A stretch of DNA of 64,000 nucleotides, from contig WHHJ01000001.1 of NCBI GenBank assembly GCA_014872655.1, positions 16,002 to 80,001 on the forward strand, written 5' to 3'. This DNA comes from Clostridia bacterium (lineage in GTDB: Bacteria; Bacillota; Clostridia; Oscillospirales; UBA644). The notes under the pieces were generated by a model. That model worked only from the letters and a program-made list of their open reading frames with translations, did no database searches and was not told the origin of the DNA. Positions 28,963 to 39,969 of the stretch are shown piece after piece. The translations under genes and the position numbers were made by a program. Position 1 is the first letter of the stretch; each line of letters starts with the position of its first letter.

Positions 28963-29820
28963 GTGGGAATCATCAAGGCAGAACATGTATGTTTTGAATA
29001 TGAACCGGGATCCAAACGGGTTCTGAACGACATTGATTTGGAAATAGAAGAAGGACAGTTTGTCGCGGTTTTAGGCCATAACGGCTGCGGAAAGTCCACA
29101 TTTGCCTGCCATTTAAACGCCATTTTGCAGCCGACATCCGGCCGTGTTGAGGTTGCGGGGTTGGACACCAATGTACAGACAGATGAACAGTTGTTGCAAA
29201 TCCGTAAAAACGTGGGGATGGTTTTTCAGAATCCCGACAATCAGATCGTCGCCACGGTTGTAGAAGAAGATGTGGCCTTTGCTTTGGAAAATTTGGGCGT
29301 TCCGCGCCCGGAAATGCGTCGGCGGATTGACGACAGTTTAAAAAAAGTGGGTATGTCGGCGTTTGCCAAACATGCCACGCATCAACTTTCGGGTGGGCAG
29401 AAACAGCGCATAGCTATTGCCGGTGTTTTGGCCATGCAGCCGAAGATTTTGGTTTTGGATGAGCCGACCGCGATGTTGGATCCTCAGGGACGCCGGGAAG
29501 TAATGCAGGTGCTGCATGATTTGCATCGGCAGGGCTCCACGATTGTTTTGATTACGCATTTTATGGACGAGGCTGTACAGGCTGATCGTGTGATTGTGAT
29601 GAATGACGGTGAAATGTTACTGGATGATACGCCGCATCAAGTTTTTCAGAATGCCGGGTTACTGCGCTCGATCGGGCTGGATGTTCCGCAAAGTACGGAA
29701 TTGATGTTTTTGTTGCGGCACAAAGGGTTTCGCGTGCCACTGTCGGTTTTGACTGAACAGGAGTGCGTGGAGGTCTTGGAACAGATTTTAGCGGGTAAAA
29801 TAAAGGCGGTGCAGCAATAA
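28963..29820 (+). CDS. ecfA1: energy-coupling factor transporter ATPase
   Basis: Walker A GHNGCGKST, LSGGQKQRIAIAGVLAM, Walker B ILVLDEPT. Sits in the ecfA-ecfA-ecfT-truA synteny. Confidence 0.9.
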   Translation: MGIIKAEHVCFEYEPGSKRVLNDIDLEIEEGQFVAVLGHNGCGKSTFACHLNAILQPTSGRVEVAGLDTNVQTDEQLLQIRKNVGMVFQNPDNQIVATVVEEDVAFALENLGVPRPEMRRRIDDSLKKVGMSAFAKHATHQLSGGQKQRIAIAGVLAMQPKILVLDEPTAMLDPQGRREVMQVLHDLHRQGSTIVLITHFMDEAVQADRVIVMNDGEMLLDDTPHQVFQNAGLLRSIGLDVPQSTELMFLLRHKGFRVPLSVLTEQECVEVLEQILAGKIKAVQQ

Positions 29821-29822
29821 CG

Positions 29823-30704
29823 ATGGAAAATCGAGAAGTTTTAATACGCACCGAGAACCTGACGCATGTGTATGGTGCGGGAACGCCTTTTGAACGCGCG
29901 GCGATCCAGGATGTTTGCCTGCAGATTGAACAGGGAGATTTTATTGGTGTTATCGGACACACCGGCAGCGGAAAATCCACATTGATGCAGCATCTAAATG
30001 CTTTAATGAAGCCGACTTCGGGTAAAATCTATTTTAAGGGCGAAGATATCTGGCAAAAAGGATATGATCTGCATGCGATGCGGTTTCATGTGGGATTGGT
30101 TTTCCAGTATCCCGAATATCAGTTGTTTGAGGAAACGGTTGCGAAGGATATCGCCTTTGGTCCTAAAAATATGGGGCTGTCTAAGGATGAAATTGAAGAG
30201 CGCGTTTTAGAATCGATCCGAATGGTTGGACTTTCGGAGGAGATTTTATCTCAATCGCCTTTTGATCTTTCGGGCGGACAAAAGCGCCGGGTTGCGATTG
30301 CCGGTATTATGGCAATGCGGCCGAACATTTTGATTTTAGACGAGCCGACTGCCGGGTTGGATCCCTGTGGTCGAGAAGAAATTCTGGCTCAGATCCGAGC
30401 CTATCACCAAACGGCGGGCAATACAGTGCTGCTGGTTTCGCACAGCATGGAAGATATTGCAAAAAATGCGCAAAAAGTTTTGGTGATGCAGGACGGGAAA
30501 CTGGTTTTGTTTGACTCGACCCAGCGTGTTTTTGAACAGGCGGACGAACTGGTTCGTATCGGGTTGGATGTTCCTCAGTTAACCCGGGTGTTTTTAGATT
30601 TGCGGAAAAAAGGATATGACGTTGAACGTTCGGTATTTTCTCCGGAACGGGCGGCGGAAGCCTTGATGGATTATATGAAAAAAAAAGGCCGGAGTAACGT
30701 ATGA
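29823..30704 (+). CDS. ecfA2: energy-coupling factor transporter ATPase
   Basis: Walker A GHTGSGKST, LSGGQKRRVAIAGIMAM, ILILDEPTAGLDP. Confidence 0.9.
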   Translation: MENREVLIRTENLTHVYGAGTPFERAAIQDVCLQIEQGDFIGVIGHTGSGKSTLMQHLNALMKPTSGKIYFKGEDIWQKGYDLHAMRFHVGLVFQYPEYQLFEETVAKDIAFGPKNMGLSKDEIEERVLESIRMVGLSEEILSQSPFDLSGGQKRRVAIAGIMAMRPNILILDEPTAGLDPCGREEILAQIRAYHQTAGNTVLLVSHSMEDIAKNAQKVLVMQDGKLVLFDSTQRVFEQADELVRIGLDVPQLTRVFLDLRKKGYDVERSVFSPERAAEALMDYMKKKGRSNV

Positions 30705-31519
30705 TAAAAGATATTACACTCGGGCAGTATTTTCCGGGGAATTCCATTTTGCATCGGTTAGATCCTCGGATGAAGATTGTACTGGTAACTGCTTATATTA
30801 TTTTGTTGTTTTTTGCCCAGAGTGCCTTGAGTTATTTGTTGGCAGCGGGCGTTACCTTTGCGTTGATGCTGCTGTCCGGAATCCCGCTTAAATTATATGT
30901 GCGGGGCTTGAAGCCTATTGTATTTATTGTGATTTTTACCGGAATCATCAATATGTTTTATACTTCCGGAAATGTTTTGTGCAGCTGGTGGATTTTTCAG
31001 ATTACGGATTTGGGAATAGCCAACGCCGTTCGGATGATTTTGCGGATTATGTTGCTTGTATGGGCATCTTCGATGCTGACTTATACAACATCGCCGGTGG
31101 TTTTGACAAACGGGTTGGAAAGTTTGCTTTCTCCGTTAAAAGTGTTTCATATCCCAGTTCATGAATTTTCGATGATGGTCAGTTTGGCGCTGCGGCTGAT
31201 TCCGACATTGATCGAAGAGACCAATCGAATCATGAGCGCACAAAAAGCCCGTGGGGCGGATTTTGAAACCGGGGGATTGATCCGACGGATGAAAGCCATT
31301 ATTCCGATTATTGTTCCGTTGTTTATTTCGTCTTTTCGACGGGCGGATGAACTGGCTACGGCGATGCAGTGCCGCTGTTATAACGGGGACAGCAAAAATC
31401 GAACTCGCTTGGTTTGTTACAGCTTGCATGTCCGGGATTATATGTCGGTTGTTTTTATGGCAGCGTTTTTTGCGGGAATTATTTTATTGAATTTTATCAC
31501 ATTATTTGGTGTAGCATGA
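30701..31519 (+). CDS. ecfT: energy-coupling factor transporter transmembrane (T) component
   Basis: Polytopic membrane protein with LDPR.K, the coupling-helix motif AQKARGADFE, and RRADELATAMQCRCY. Confidence 0.88.
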   Translation: MIKDITLGQYFPGNSILHRLDPRMKIVLVTAYIILLFFAQSALSYLLAAGVTFALMLLSGIPLKLYVRGLKPIVFIVIFTGIINMFYTSGNVLCSWWIFQITDLGIANAVRMILRIMLLVWASSMLTYTTSPVVLTNGLESLLSPLKVFHIPVHEFSMMVSLALRLIPTLIEETNRIMSAQKARGADFETGGLIRRMKAIIPIIVPLFISSFRRADELATAMQCRCYNGDSKNRTRLVCYSLHVRDYMSVVFMAAFFAGIILLNFITLFGVA

Positions 31520-32262
31520 GATATCTATTAAAGATGATGTATGACGGGACCCGTTACGGCGGGTATCAGCGGCAGGCCAATGCCGATACCGTTGGAGAAC
31601 GGCTGCTTACCGCTTTACAAACATTATTCGGACAGGTGGAGCACATGGCCGGATGTTCCAGAACCGATAGTGGGGTTCATGCCTTGATGTTCTGCGTGTC
31701 GTTTGACGCTGCTCAGGAGCGTGATTCACAAGCTGTGGTTCGGGCGCTGAATGCTTTGCTGCCGGATGATATTTGTGTGACAGGATGTCAAAGAGTTGCG
31801 GATGATTTCCATGCCCGGTACAGCTGCCGGGGCAAGCAGTATTTATATCAGATTCGAGATTCTGCACTGCGCAATCCGTTTTATGATCGATATGCTCTTA
31901 CTGTGCCTCATGCATTGGATATTCAAAGATTAAACCAAATTGTTTTGCCAATTATCGGCACGCATGATTTTACTTCTTTTATGGCCAGCGGCAGCAAGAT
32001 TACGGATTGCGTTCGCACGGTAACTCGCGCAGAGTTTGCTCGGGAAGGGGAATTGATCCGGTTCCGCATTTGTGCAGATGGCTTTTTATATCATATGGTA
32101 CGGATTATTGTTGGAACTGTTTTGGATATTGCAGAGGGACGGTTAGCGGCGGATATAGCAAAGATTTTAGAGGCTAAAGATCGCAGTGCGGCAGGAAGAA
32201 CCATTGCGGCACACGGACTTTTTTTAGAAAAAGTATTTTATGCACAGCAAACAGACATGTAG
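31516..32262 (+). CDS. truA: tRNA pseudouridine(38-40) synthase
   Basis: MRYLLKMMYDGTRYGGYQRQ and GCSRTDSGVHA (catalytic Asp). The ATGA overlaps the ecfT stop. The track start at 31414 is rejected. Confidence 0.9.
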   Translation: MRYLLKMMYDGTRYGGYQRQANADTVGERLLTALQTLFGQVEHMAGCSRTDSGVHALMFCVSFDAAQERDSQAVVRALNALLPDDICVTGCQRVADDFHARYSCRGKQYLYQIRDSALRNPFYDRYALTVPHALDIQRLNQIVLPIIGTHDFTSFMASGSKITDCVRTVTRAEFAREGELIRFRICADGFLYHMVRIIVGTVLDIAEGRLAADIAKILEAKDRSAAGRTIAAHGLFLEKVFYAQQTDM

Positions 32263-32271
32263 GGAACGATT

Positions 32272-33411
32272 ATGAACTCAAACAAAAAACTCAAACAGCT
32301 TTATCTGGTACGCCGAATCATTTTGGTGACGCTGGTTTTGTTTGTCGTTGTGGTGGTTATCATGAACGCCGCCAATTTCAGCGCAGATAATTTTAAGCGG
32401 TTTACGGCGGAGATTCGTTCCGCATTTCAGGGATCGGCCGCAGAGCAGGTTGATTTAACCGAAAATTCGCTTAGCCAAACAGGCGTATTTAAAAACGGTA
32501 TTGTTCGACTGGCTCCGAATGCCGTTACGGTTTACGGGAAGGATTTTACGAAGTATTCTTCTCATACGGTTAGTTTGTCGACGCCGGTTTTGAGAGTGTC
32601 AAAAAACTTTATTTTGGCTTTTGACCGGGGCGGAAGTACGGCGTATGTATTGGACAGTTTTCGTATTCTGCATACTTTTACCGGGCTTGACACGATTGTG
32701 AACGCCGGAATTTCCGATGACGGACATTTGTTTATGATTACGCAAAAATACGGGTATAAAAATAATTTAACCGTATATAACAGTGCGTTTCAGGATGTCT
32801 TCACCTGGGATGCTACGGAGCATTATTTATTAGACGGGGTATTTTGTGAGAAGAATACGATTGCCGTCTGTGCGACCGATATTGATACCGGTCAGATTGC
32901 CATGAATACGTTTGTGTATCGGATCAATTATCAAACCGCTCAGCAGACCGATGTGCAGAGTTTGACGGACAGTATGTACGTATCTTGTGCGGTAGGAAAC
33001 GATCAGGCGGTACGTGTGATGACGGATAAAGGAATCTTTCGGGTTCCGGCCGGTTCGGTAGAGACCGTTGTTGCTTTTGATGGGGTTGAGGTCGGGAAAT
33101 TTGATTTATCAGAAACTTATATGGCCTATGTAAAAATATCGGATCTTGCAACGGCTCGGCAGTCTTTGATTGTTTTGGATGCTTCGGGGAAGGCTTTGTT
33201 TGAAAAAGAGTTTTATCAGATTACAGACCTTATTGTAACGCCGAAAGGTTGTTTTGTTCTTACGCCGGAGGCCCTAACGTTACTGGATTATCATGGCCAG
33301 GAAGTGAGTTCTGTGCAGACAGACGGTACGGCTGTACAGGTTTGTTGGGCAGAGGGAAATATTGTTTTAATTTATGCAGATCGTGCGCAGAAAATAGATA
33401 TAACGCAATAA
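32272..33411 (+). CDS. hypothetical membrane-anchored protein (single N-terminal TM, beta-rich ectodomain)
   Basis: 379 aa. TM helix IILVTLVLFVVVVVIM, with repetitive beta-strand-like segments in the remainder. No catalytic motif recognised. Confidence 0.6.
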   Translation: MNSNKKLKQLYLVRRIILVTLVLFVVVVVIMNAANFSADNFKRFTAEIRSAFQGSAAEQVDLTENSLSQTGVFKNGIVRLAPNAVTVYGKDFTKYSSHTVSLSTPVLRVSKNFILAFDRGGSTAYVLDSFRILHTFTGLDTIVNAGISDDGHLFMITQKYGYKNNLTVYNSAFQDVFTWDATEHYLLDGVFCEKNTIAVCATDIDTGQIAMNTFVYRINYQTAQQTDVQSLTDSMYVSCAVGNDQAVRVMTDKGIFRVPAGSVETVVAFDGVEVGKFDLSETYMAYVKISDLATARQSLIVLDASGKALFEKEFYQITDLIVTPKGCFVLTPEALTLLDYHGQEVSSVQTDGTAVQVCWAEGNIVLIYADRAQKIDITQ

Positions 33412-33425
33412 AGGAGTAGAAAAGT

Positions 33426-34205
33426 ATGGATATCGCAATAGCAGTCGGATTGGATTTGATTATTCTGGCTATTTTTGTAGTTTCTATCATGATTGGTATA
33501 CACCGCGGATTGCTGAAATCGCTGATCAGTTTTGCCGGAAAAATAGCGGCGTTGATCATTGCGTTGATTTTCTCAGCGCAGTTGGGCGGATATATCAGTT
33601 CTCATTTTGTAGAAAAGCCTGTTCGGGAATGGCTGGTTAATCAGATGACGGCTGATCCGTCGGATATGGATACGGAAGCGTCGGAGATTGATTTTGATCA
33701 GTTGATCGAAGACAGCCCGGATTTCTTTAAGAATATCTGTAGTTATTTTGGCGTAGACATGAATCAGTTGGCACAGGAATATGAGGAGTTTAAGTATTCC
33801 AATGCCCAGACGGCTACGGAGAATATTATCAATTATATGGTCCAGCCGGTTGCGCTTTCTATCAGCCGGGTTATTGCCTTTTTGATTTTATTTATTATTT
33901 GTATGATTGCGGTCGGGCTTTTGTGGTGGCTGTCTTCTATTTTTACGCACATCCCGATTATTCGGCACTTTGATAAGGCCGGAGGCGCGATCTTCGGCGT
34001 TTTGAGCGGACTGCTGATTTCTTTTATTGTCGTAGCGATTATTCATATCTGTTCTCCCTATGTAATGAAAGATCACACGTTGGCGGAAAAAGATGCCATC
34101 TTTAATCGTACCGTGGTCTACAAGCAGTTTTATAATCATAATCCGCTGACCGGATCGTTTAGTGGGTGGATTGATACGGCAAGTGAGGAAAGTGACGGAC
34201 AGTAA
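33426..34205 (+). CDS. cvpA: CvpA-family membrane protein
   Basis: N-terminal pattern DIAIAVGLDLIILAIFVVSIMIGIHRGLLKSL and a four-TM layout typical of the colicin V production protein family. Confidence 0.7.
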   Translation: MDIAIAVGLDLIILAIFVVSIMIGIHRGLLKSLISFAGKIAALIIALIFSAQLGGYISSHFVEKPVREWLVNQMTADPSDMDTEASEIDFDQLIEDSPDFFKNICSYFGVDMNQLAQEYEEFKYSNAQTATENIINYMVQPVALSISRVIAFLILFIICMIAVGLLWWLSSIFTHIPIIRHFDKAGGAIFGVLSGLLISFIVVAIIHICSPYVMKDHTLAEKDAIFNRTVVYKQFYNHNPLTGSFSGWIDTASEESDGQ

Positions 34206-34236
34206 CTGAGGCTGTTCAAAAAAGGAGCATTTTTGT

Positions 34237-34818
34237 ATGGGAAAAGAAAAATGGATGAAAGATATTTTGACGATTCCGAATGCACTGTCGTTGGTTCGGA
34301 TTTTGCTGACGATTGGTTTTTGCATCACGTATTTTACCGAAGAAAAGCTGGCTGCGCTGGTGATTTTAGTGATTTCCGGCATCACGGATGTGTTGGATGG
34401 ACAGATTGCTAGGAAATATCATCAGATTTCAAATTTCGGCAAGGTGCTGGACCCGTTTGCAGATAAATTATTTACGGTCAGTACAGCTGTTTGTATTTGT
34501 ATCAGCGGATTGGTTCCGGTATGGCTGCTCTGTATTATTATTTTGAAAGAATTGATTTTAATTATTGGCAGCCTGGTGCTGTATCGCAAAGTGGATGCCG
34601 TCATTCCGTCCCGGTGGTACGGAAAGGCGACCACGGTTGTGTTTTTCATCACCTTTATTGTGGCGCTGTTTTGTGAGGCTTTGTCGGTAGATTTACATTT
34701 AGCAAGAGTTATTGTAACTTCTTTGTTAATTCTTGCAACGGCACTTGCAATTTTTTCAGTGATCAATTATATTATAATAGCGGTAAGACTTTATCGCGAG
34801 CAAAGACAACGTTCTTAG
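34237..34818 (+). CDS. CDP-alcohol phosphatidyltransferase (PgsA-like)
   Basis: IPNALSLVRI, then the motif DVLDGQIARKYHQISNFGKVLDPFADK (DGx2ARx8Gx3Dx3D). Confidence 0.8.
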   Translation: MGKEKWMKDILTIPNALSLVRILLTIGFCITYFTEEKLAALVILVISGITDVLDGQIARKYHQISNFGKVLDPFADKLFTVSTAVCICISGLVPVWLLCIIILKELILIIGSLVLYRKVDAVIPSRWYGKATTVVFFITFIVALFCEALSVDLHLARVIVTSLLILATALAIFSVINYIIIAVRLYREQRQRS

Positions 34819-34865
34819 TTTTTTGACGAAAACAGAAAGGTACAACAAGAAAAAGGTTTTTTATT

Positions 34866-37175
34866 ATGGTAATGTGTTCAAGATGCAAAAAAAGAGCCGC
34901 AGTTGTTTTTATTACGCGGATAGACGGGAACGAACAGAAAAATGAAGGGCTCTGTCTGAAATGCGCAAAGGAACTCAATCTGCCCAATGTTGACGGGATT
35001 ATGAAGCAGCTGGGGTTAAATGACGAGGATTTGGATACGATTTCCGATCAGGTCGACGAAATGTTTTCGGAAATGGACGATTCCGACTTTACACCGGGCG
35101 GAGCGCCCAGTATGAACTTTTTTAGCAATATGTTAGGGAAGATGCAAAACCAAGCCGCGTCAGATGACGGGGCTATGGATGTGCCGAAAGAGAATATAGA
35201 TGCTGCAGAAGACGGGAAAAAAGGCGCAAAAGATAAAAAAGCGCCTAAAGGTGAAAAACTGAAGTATTTGCCGATATATTGTCAGAATTTGACGCAAAAA
35301 GCTCGTGAGGGGAAATTGGATCACGTGGTCGGGCGTGATAAAGAGATGCTGCGCGTGATGCAGATTTTGAACCGACGGACCAAGAATAATCCATGTCTGA
35401 TCGGGGAGCCGGGTGTCGGAAAAACAGCCATTGCGGAAGGTATTGCACAAAAAATTGTTCAGAAAGATGTGCCCGCAAAACTGGCGGATAAGGAATTGTA
35501 TTTATTGGATTTAACATCTCTGGTAGCCGGGACGCAGTTCCGGGGACAGTTTGAGAGCCGTGTCCGCGGTTTGTTGGATGAAGTAAAGCGCGTGGGCAAT
35601 GTGATTTTGGTGATTGATGAGATTCATAATCTTGTCGGAACAGGCGGTGACCAAGACGGTTCGATGAATGCAGCCAATATGCTGAAGCCGGCACTCAGCC
35701 GCGGCGAAGTTCAGGTGATTGGTGCGACGACACTCAATGAATACCGAAAGCATATTGAAAAAGACGCTGCACTGGAAAGACGGTTCCAGCCTGTGATGGT
35801 CAACGAACCTTCTATTGAGGATACGATAGAAATTTTAAAAGGGATTCGGGATCACTACGAAACTTTTCATAATATCAAAATTCCGGTGCTGATTTTGGAG
35901 CGGGCGGTAGAGTTGTCCGAACGGTATGTCAATGATCGGTTTTTGCCGGATAAAGCGATTGACTTGATTGATGAGGCTTGCTCTAATGCAACATTGAAAA
36001 ATCCCAAATACAGCGAGCTGTTTCACTGTGTACAGGATTTAAAGACCGCACGGGCAGAAATTGAGGGCTTGGAAAATATAGAAGAAAAAACTGAGGCGGA
36101 TTATGCGCGGATTGCGCAGATCAAGGCCAATGAATGCCGCCTTGCCGAGCAGGAAAAGAAGCTGAATGATGAATTGAATACGGTGTGCGTAACATTTGAT
36201 GATTTGGCAACGGTGATCGAATTGTGGACGGGAATTCCTGCGACAACCATCCAGGCCAGTGAAAATGAAAAATTGCGTCATTTAGAAGATGCATTGAAAA
36301 AACGCATTGTTGGTCAGGACCGTGCAATTTCCGCAATTTCGGCGGCGGTTCGGCGCAGTCGTTTATCGTTGGTTCCGCGCAAGCGCCCGGTATCCTTTAT
36401 CTTTACCGGCCCTACCGGGGTCGGCAAAACCGAGTTGGTTAAGGTCTTGTCCAAGGAATTGTTCAACTCTCCGGAGACGTTGATTCGGTTGGATATGAGT
36501 GAGTTTATGGAAAAGCACTCTGTTTCACGAATTATCGGTTCCCCGCCGGGTTATGTTGGCTATGATGAAGCCGGTCAGTTGACGGAAAAAATTCGCCGTC
36601 ATCCTTATTCGGTGATTTTGTTTGATGAAATTGAAAAGGCACATCCGGATGTGTTGAATATCTTGTTGCAGGTTTTGGATGACGGAAAGATTACCGATGC
36701 GCACGGCCGGACGGTGTCTTTTGAGCATACCTTGATTGTAATGACGTCAAATGCCGGGTCCAATATGAAGGGCGGCATTGCCGGATTTAATAAAACGACT
36801 TCTTTGCTTTCGGAAGAAAAGAGCAAAAAGGCTTTGAGTGAATTTTTACGGCCTGAATTTTTAAATCGAGTAGACGAAATTATCACTTTCGATCCGTTGC
36901 CCAAAGAACTGTTTCCGGATATCGTGAAGATTTATCTGGGTGATTTAAGAGAGGGTTTAAAGGAAAAAGAAATTTCGTTAGAATGCAGTGAAGACGCCGT
37001 GAATTTACTGGCAGATCTGTCGTACAGCGCAGAGTACGGAGCGCGTAATGTGCGCCGTATTGTTCAGCGAGAAATCGAAGATGCGGTGGTTACGCAAATG
37101 TGTAATACGGATTTTGTTCCGTCTGTGGTTTGTGTGGGCGCCAAAGAGGGTAAGATTCAAATTGAATTAAAATAA
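34866..37175 (+). CDS. clpE: ClpE/ClpC-type double-AAA+ Clp ATPase with an N-terminal zinc ribbon
   Basis: N-terminal CSRC...CLKC Zn ribbon instead of Clp_N repeats. Walker A GEPGVGKT and GPTGVGKT. ClpP-docking-like loop GIAGF. The symbol is assigned by domain architecture only. Confidence 0.8.
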   Translation: MVMCSRCKKRAAVVFITRIDGNEQKNEGLCLKCAKELNLPNVDGIMKQLGLNDEDLDTISDQVDEMFSEMDDSDFTPGGAPSMNFFSNMLGKMQNQAASDDGAMDVPKENIDAAEDGKKGAKDKKAPKGEKLKYLPIYCQNLTQKAREGKLDHVVGRDKEMLRVMQILNRRTKNNPCLIGEPGVGKTAIAEGIAQKIVQKDVPAKLADKELYLLDLTSLVAGTQFRGQFESRVRGLLDEVKRVGNVILVIDEIHNLVGTGGDQDGSMNAANMLKPALSRGEVQVIGATTLNEYRKHIEKDAALERRFQPVMVNEPSIEDTIEILKGIRDHYETFHNIKIPVLILERAVELSERYVNDRFLPDKAIDLIDEACSNATLKNPKYSELFHCVQDLKTARAEIEGLENIEEKTEADYARIAQIKANECRLAEQEKKLNDELNTVCVTFDDLATVIELWTGIPATTIQASENEKLRHLEDALKKRIVGQDRAISAISAAVRRSRLSLVPRKRPVSFIFTGPTGVGKTELVKVLSKELFNSPETLIRLDMSEFMEKHSVSRIIGSPPGYVGYDEAGQLTEKIRRHPYSVILFDEIEKAHPDVLNILLQVLDDGKITDAHGRTVSFEHTLIVMTSNAGSNMKGGIAGFNKTTSLLSEEKSKKALSEFLRPEFLNRVDEIITFDPLPKELFPDIVKIYLGDLREGLKEKEISLECSEDAVNLLADLSYSAEYGARNVRRIVQREIEDAVVTQMCNTDFVPSVVCVGAKEGKIQIELK

Positions 37176-37209
37176 AAAGAAGACGGGAACATGTTCCCGT
37201 CTTCTTTTT
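37174..37209. terminator. bidirectional rho-independent terminator
   Basis: Perfect palindrome GAAGACGGGAAC at GTTCCCGTCTTC flanked by A5 and T5. Lies between the convergent clpE-like gene and the lipoprotein gene. Confidence 0.9.
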
Positions 37210-37299
37210 ATGTATCGGTTTTATAGTAAGATATTTTCTGTTTTAATCTTAAAAATAAGGTGTTTTTTGTCCCCCGATAAAAGGGCCTGCACGAAACGT

Positions 37300-37899
37300 T
37301 TATTCTCCCTTGTTCATCACTCTGTCTACATCTACATGGTCTGCAGATGCACCGCCGGAAGCCGTAAAAGTGATTTTATAGTCGTATTTATCGTCTACAT
37401 TGATTTCCTGGACCAACTGCGTTCCGTCATCCGATAAAACGGATCCTTCAAACATTGACTGAAGTTCTGTCAGGCTCTTTCCGTACACATCCTGTCCGTT
37501 GATCTTGATGTTCAGTTTCCGGAACGTATCGTTAATGGGAGCAGAGAAATCATAAATAACGCCTTTTTTAAACTCCAATTGATTTTGAGTATAATTAGAA
37601 ATCGTAATCGTTGCAAACGAAACTCCGCTTTGAGCCAGTTCAATGTTGTTATAAGATTGTGCACTGGCCAGTTTTAAGTCGTTGGTATTGATATCGTATT
37701 CTTCAAAAGATCCATCGGATGAGTATCCTACTTTTATTTGCTCGTCTACAACCTCTTCGATGGTTGTGACGCTGATACGAATATCTTTTCCGTTTACCGT
37801 TACGGTTGGGATCTTTTTGGCTTCTTTGCTTTCGCACCCTGCAAACAGTGCGGCAAGCAGTGTCGTGAATAAGATAACAGCAATGATTTTTGTTTTCAT
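37300..37899 (-). CDS. hypothetical lipoprotein
   Basis: Signal peptide plus lipobox LFAGC. No recognisable domain. Confidence 0.65.
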   Translation of the reverse strand: MKTKIIAVILFTTLLAALFAGCESKEAKKIPTVTVNGKDIRISVTTIEEVVDEQIKVGYSSDGSFEEYDINTNDLKLASAQSYNNIELAQSGVSFATITISNYTQNQLEFKKGVIYDFSAPINDTFRKLNIKINGQDVYGKSLTELQSMFEGSVLSDDGTQLVQEINVDDKYDYKITFTASGGASADHVDVDRVMNKGE

Positions 37900-37912
37900 G
37901 TGGACTCCCTCT

Positions 37913-38467
37913 CTATTTCTTTTCTTGATAGATGATCTCTAAAGGCCCTTGACCGGATATGTATGCGATTTCTTTTTCTGTTTTCTCCATAAACAAGACG
38001 GATTCTGGTCGGTCAACGGTATCTGAAATTTTTTGAACCGGCATTTTTAAATATCTGCCTTTGGCTGTTACAGCCTTGGTTCCGTCTTCGAGTAAAATTT
38101 CTCCCTCTGCTTCAAAAATGCGACGGTTATCCGTGATACGGGCAATGACACGCAGGGTTTGTTCCAGTGGAACAGGTTTTAAAAAACGGGTTTGCATGTC
38201 AACGGTAACGCCCCAGGTGTTGGGATCGTAGATAAGAATGGCCCGTCCCATGGTTTCGTCTAACAGTGTTGCAGAGATCCCGCCGTGCAGCCGTTGCGGA
38301 TAACTCTGATATTCAAACTTAGAGTAGGCCAAACAAATCAATTCATTCTTTTCGGTTTCGTAAAACATCGATTGAAACCCTAATTTGTTGTCTGCGCCGC
38401 AAACAAAACAGTCATGACTGCTTTCTTGCCGTTTTCGTATTTTTTCTAATGTGTCCGTTGGTTCCAT
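37913..38467 (-). CDS. PaaI/hotdog-fold acyl-CoA thioesterase
   Basis: CFVCGADNKLG, then LHGGISATLLDETMG, typical of PaaI-family thioesterases. Confidence 0.75.
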   Translation of the reverse strand: MEPTDTLEKIRKRQESSHDCFVCGADNKLGFQSMFYETEKNELICLAYSKFEYQSYPQRLHGGISATLLDETMGRAILIYDPNTWGVTVDMQTRFLKPVPLEQTLRVIARITDNRRIFEAEGEILLEDGTKAVTAKGRYLKMPVQKISDTVDRPESVLFMEKTEKEIAYISGQGPLEIIYQEKK

Positions 38468-39193
38468 TTAAATCCTCCGTTCCTGCGAAAATAGAAAAAA
38501 CATCGCAATGTAAAGTTTTAAATCGGTATACATCGGAACAATCCCGATGATCGTACAAAGTATAGCTGCAGCGTTTTTTGCGGTTTCGGCCCAAAAGAGA
38601 GATGCTCCGTTTGTGAGTAAAAACTCAAATAACGCCTGTGAAGGTAGTCGCACAATAGCGACGGAAAGTAAATACAGCAATACCAGTAATAGCAGTAGTT
38701 TGATAAAGTCAAAGCCATATTGCTGCAATAAACGTCCGGTTTTTTGAAAGTTTTGACGGAGCCCGCGGTTGCCGGTTAAACAAACAAAGATGAAAAACGG
38801 AACCAAAAGGGCGTTAATGCAAAAAGTAATGGCTATGGTCGCTTGATATAAATACGGAAAGGGGATTGCAAGCAGCGCAACGGCATTTGCAGCCGTATAA
38901 AGAAGTGCCGCAGGCAAGATCGTACTCAGTGGCGTTGGAGAATTTGCAAACGGCGTATATTTATTTTTATAGTGTTCGATTCTTTTATAGATAAAAAGAA
39001 AGGCCACAAAAACGCCAACCTGCGGCAGAATACAGGATAAAACTCCGTTTTCTGCCGCGGTGCAGATTGCTTGAATAAGGGTTTGAAGAATCCACCAAAA
39101 AAGCTGGCATAGGACGTACATCGGAATCAGATGAGGATAATTTTGGCGGATAAACGCCGCTGCTTTGGCACTTGCTGTTTTTGCTGCTGTCAT
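38468..39193 (-). CDS. hypothetical polytopic membrane protein
   Basis: 241 aa with 5-6 hydrophobic helices. Its stop abuts the thioesterase start. No motif recognised. Confidence 0.6.
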   Translation of the reverse strand: MTAAKTASAKAAAFIRQNYPHLIPMYVLCQLFWWILQTLIQAICTAAENGVLSCILPQVGVFVAFLFIYKRIEHYKNKYTPFANSPTPLSTILPAALLYTAANAVALLAIPFPYLYQATIAITFCINALLVPFFIFVCLTGNRGLRQNFQKTGRLLQQYGFDFIKLLLLLVLLYLLSVAIVRLPSQALFEFLLTNGASLFWAETAKNAAAILCTIIGIVPMYTDLKLYIAMFFLFSQERRI

Positions 39194-39214
39194 ATGGTCT
39201 ACATTCTCTCTTTA

Positions 39215-39964
39215 TTAAAATCCTCGTCCGGCTCCTCCGCCGGAGAACCCTCCGCCTCCGCCGGAACTTCCTCCAAAGCCGCCTCCGGAAAATCCGCCGC
39301 CGCTAAAACCTCCAGGGCCCCGCGGGGGACCGAAAAACCAGAATCCTCGGCCTCTTCTCCCAATAAAGAAGATCAAAACAAACAAAACCACCACAACGGT
39401 CATAATAATTTCTCCGGCCGAACCGGTTTCTGAGGTGTCCTGTGCTTGGAAGCCATTTAATTCCTCAATCCCATACTCTTGCATCACAACGGATAAGCAA
39501 GCGTCATACAGGTGAACAATTCCCGAACTGTATTGGCCGGCTTTGAGTTCGTCTAAGGCGTAGGTGTCAATGAATCTGCCGACTTTCCCGTCATTGAGGC
39601 AACCTTCCAGTCCGGTTCCGACCGTTACAAAAATATTTCGCTCTCCATCGCCCAGATATAACACAATCAGCAGTCCGTTATCTTTTTCTTTGTCTCCCAA
39701 TCCCCATGCATTGGCGGTCTGACGCGCGTATTCCGAGATTTCCTGCCCTTGCAGGTCTGTAGTGGTCAGCACGGCAATCTGTGCGCCGCACGCGGATTGA
39801 AGGGCTTGCGAAGTTTGAATAATATGGTCTTTATCTGCTTCGTCTAATACGCCTACCATATCTGAAACATATAATTCACTTGTTGCGGCAGGCGGGGTAA
39901 ATCCGCACAGGCAAATCCAGATAAGAATCATAGCCGATACGGTATATGCCAATCCTTTTTTCAT
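39215..39964 (-). CDS. TPM-domain (YgcG-like) protein with TM helix and Gly-rich tail
   Basis: Signal/anchor sequence, TPM-like core (VSDMVGVLDE...QIAVLTT), a TM helix, and a C-terminal GGFSGGGFSGGGFGG repeat. Confidence 0.75.
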   Translation of the reverse strand: MKKGLAYTVSAMILIWICLCGFTPPAATSELYVSDMVGVLDEADKDHIIQTSQALQSACGAQIAVLTTTDLQGQEISEYARQTANAWGLGDKEKDNGLLIVLYLGDGERNIFVTVGTGLEGCLNDGKVGRFIDTYALDELKAGQYSSGIVHLYDACLSVVMQEYGIEELNGFQAQDTSETGSAGEIIMTVVVVLFVLIFFIGRRGRGFWFFGPPRGPGGFSGGGFSGGGFGGSSGGGGGFSGGGAGRGF

Positions 39965-39969
39965 AGAAC

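Noticed and set aside
39215-39330. GC-rich CCGCC/GGAGG repeats suggestive of a repeat array
   Set aside because: They encode the GGFSGGGFSGG glycine-rich C-terminal tail of the TPM-domain protein. There is no spacer/repeat organisation, so this is not a CRISPR array.
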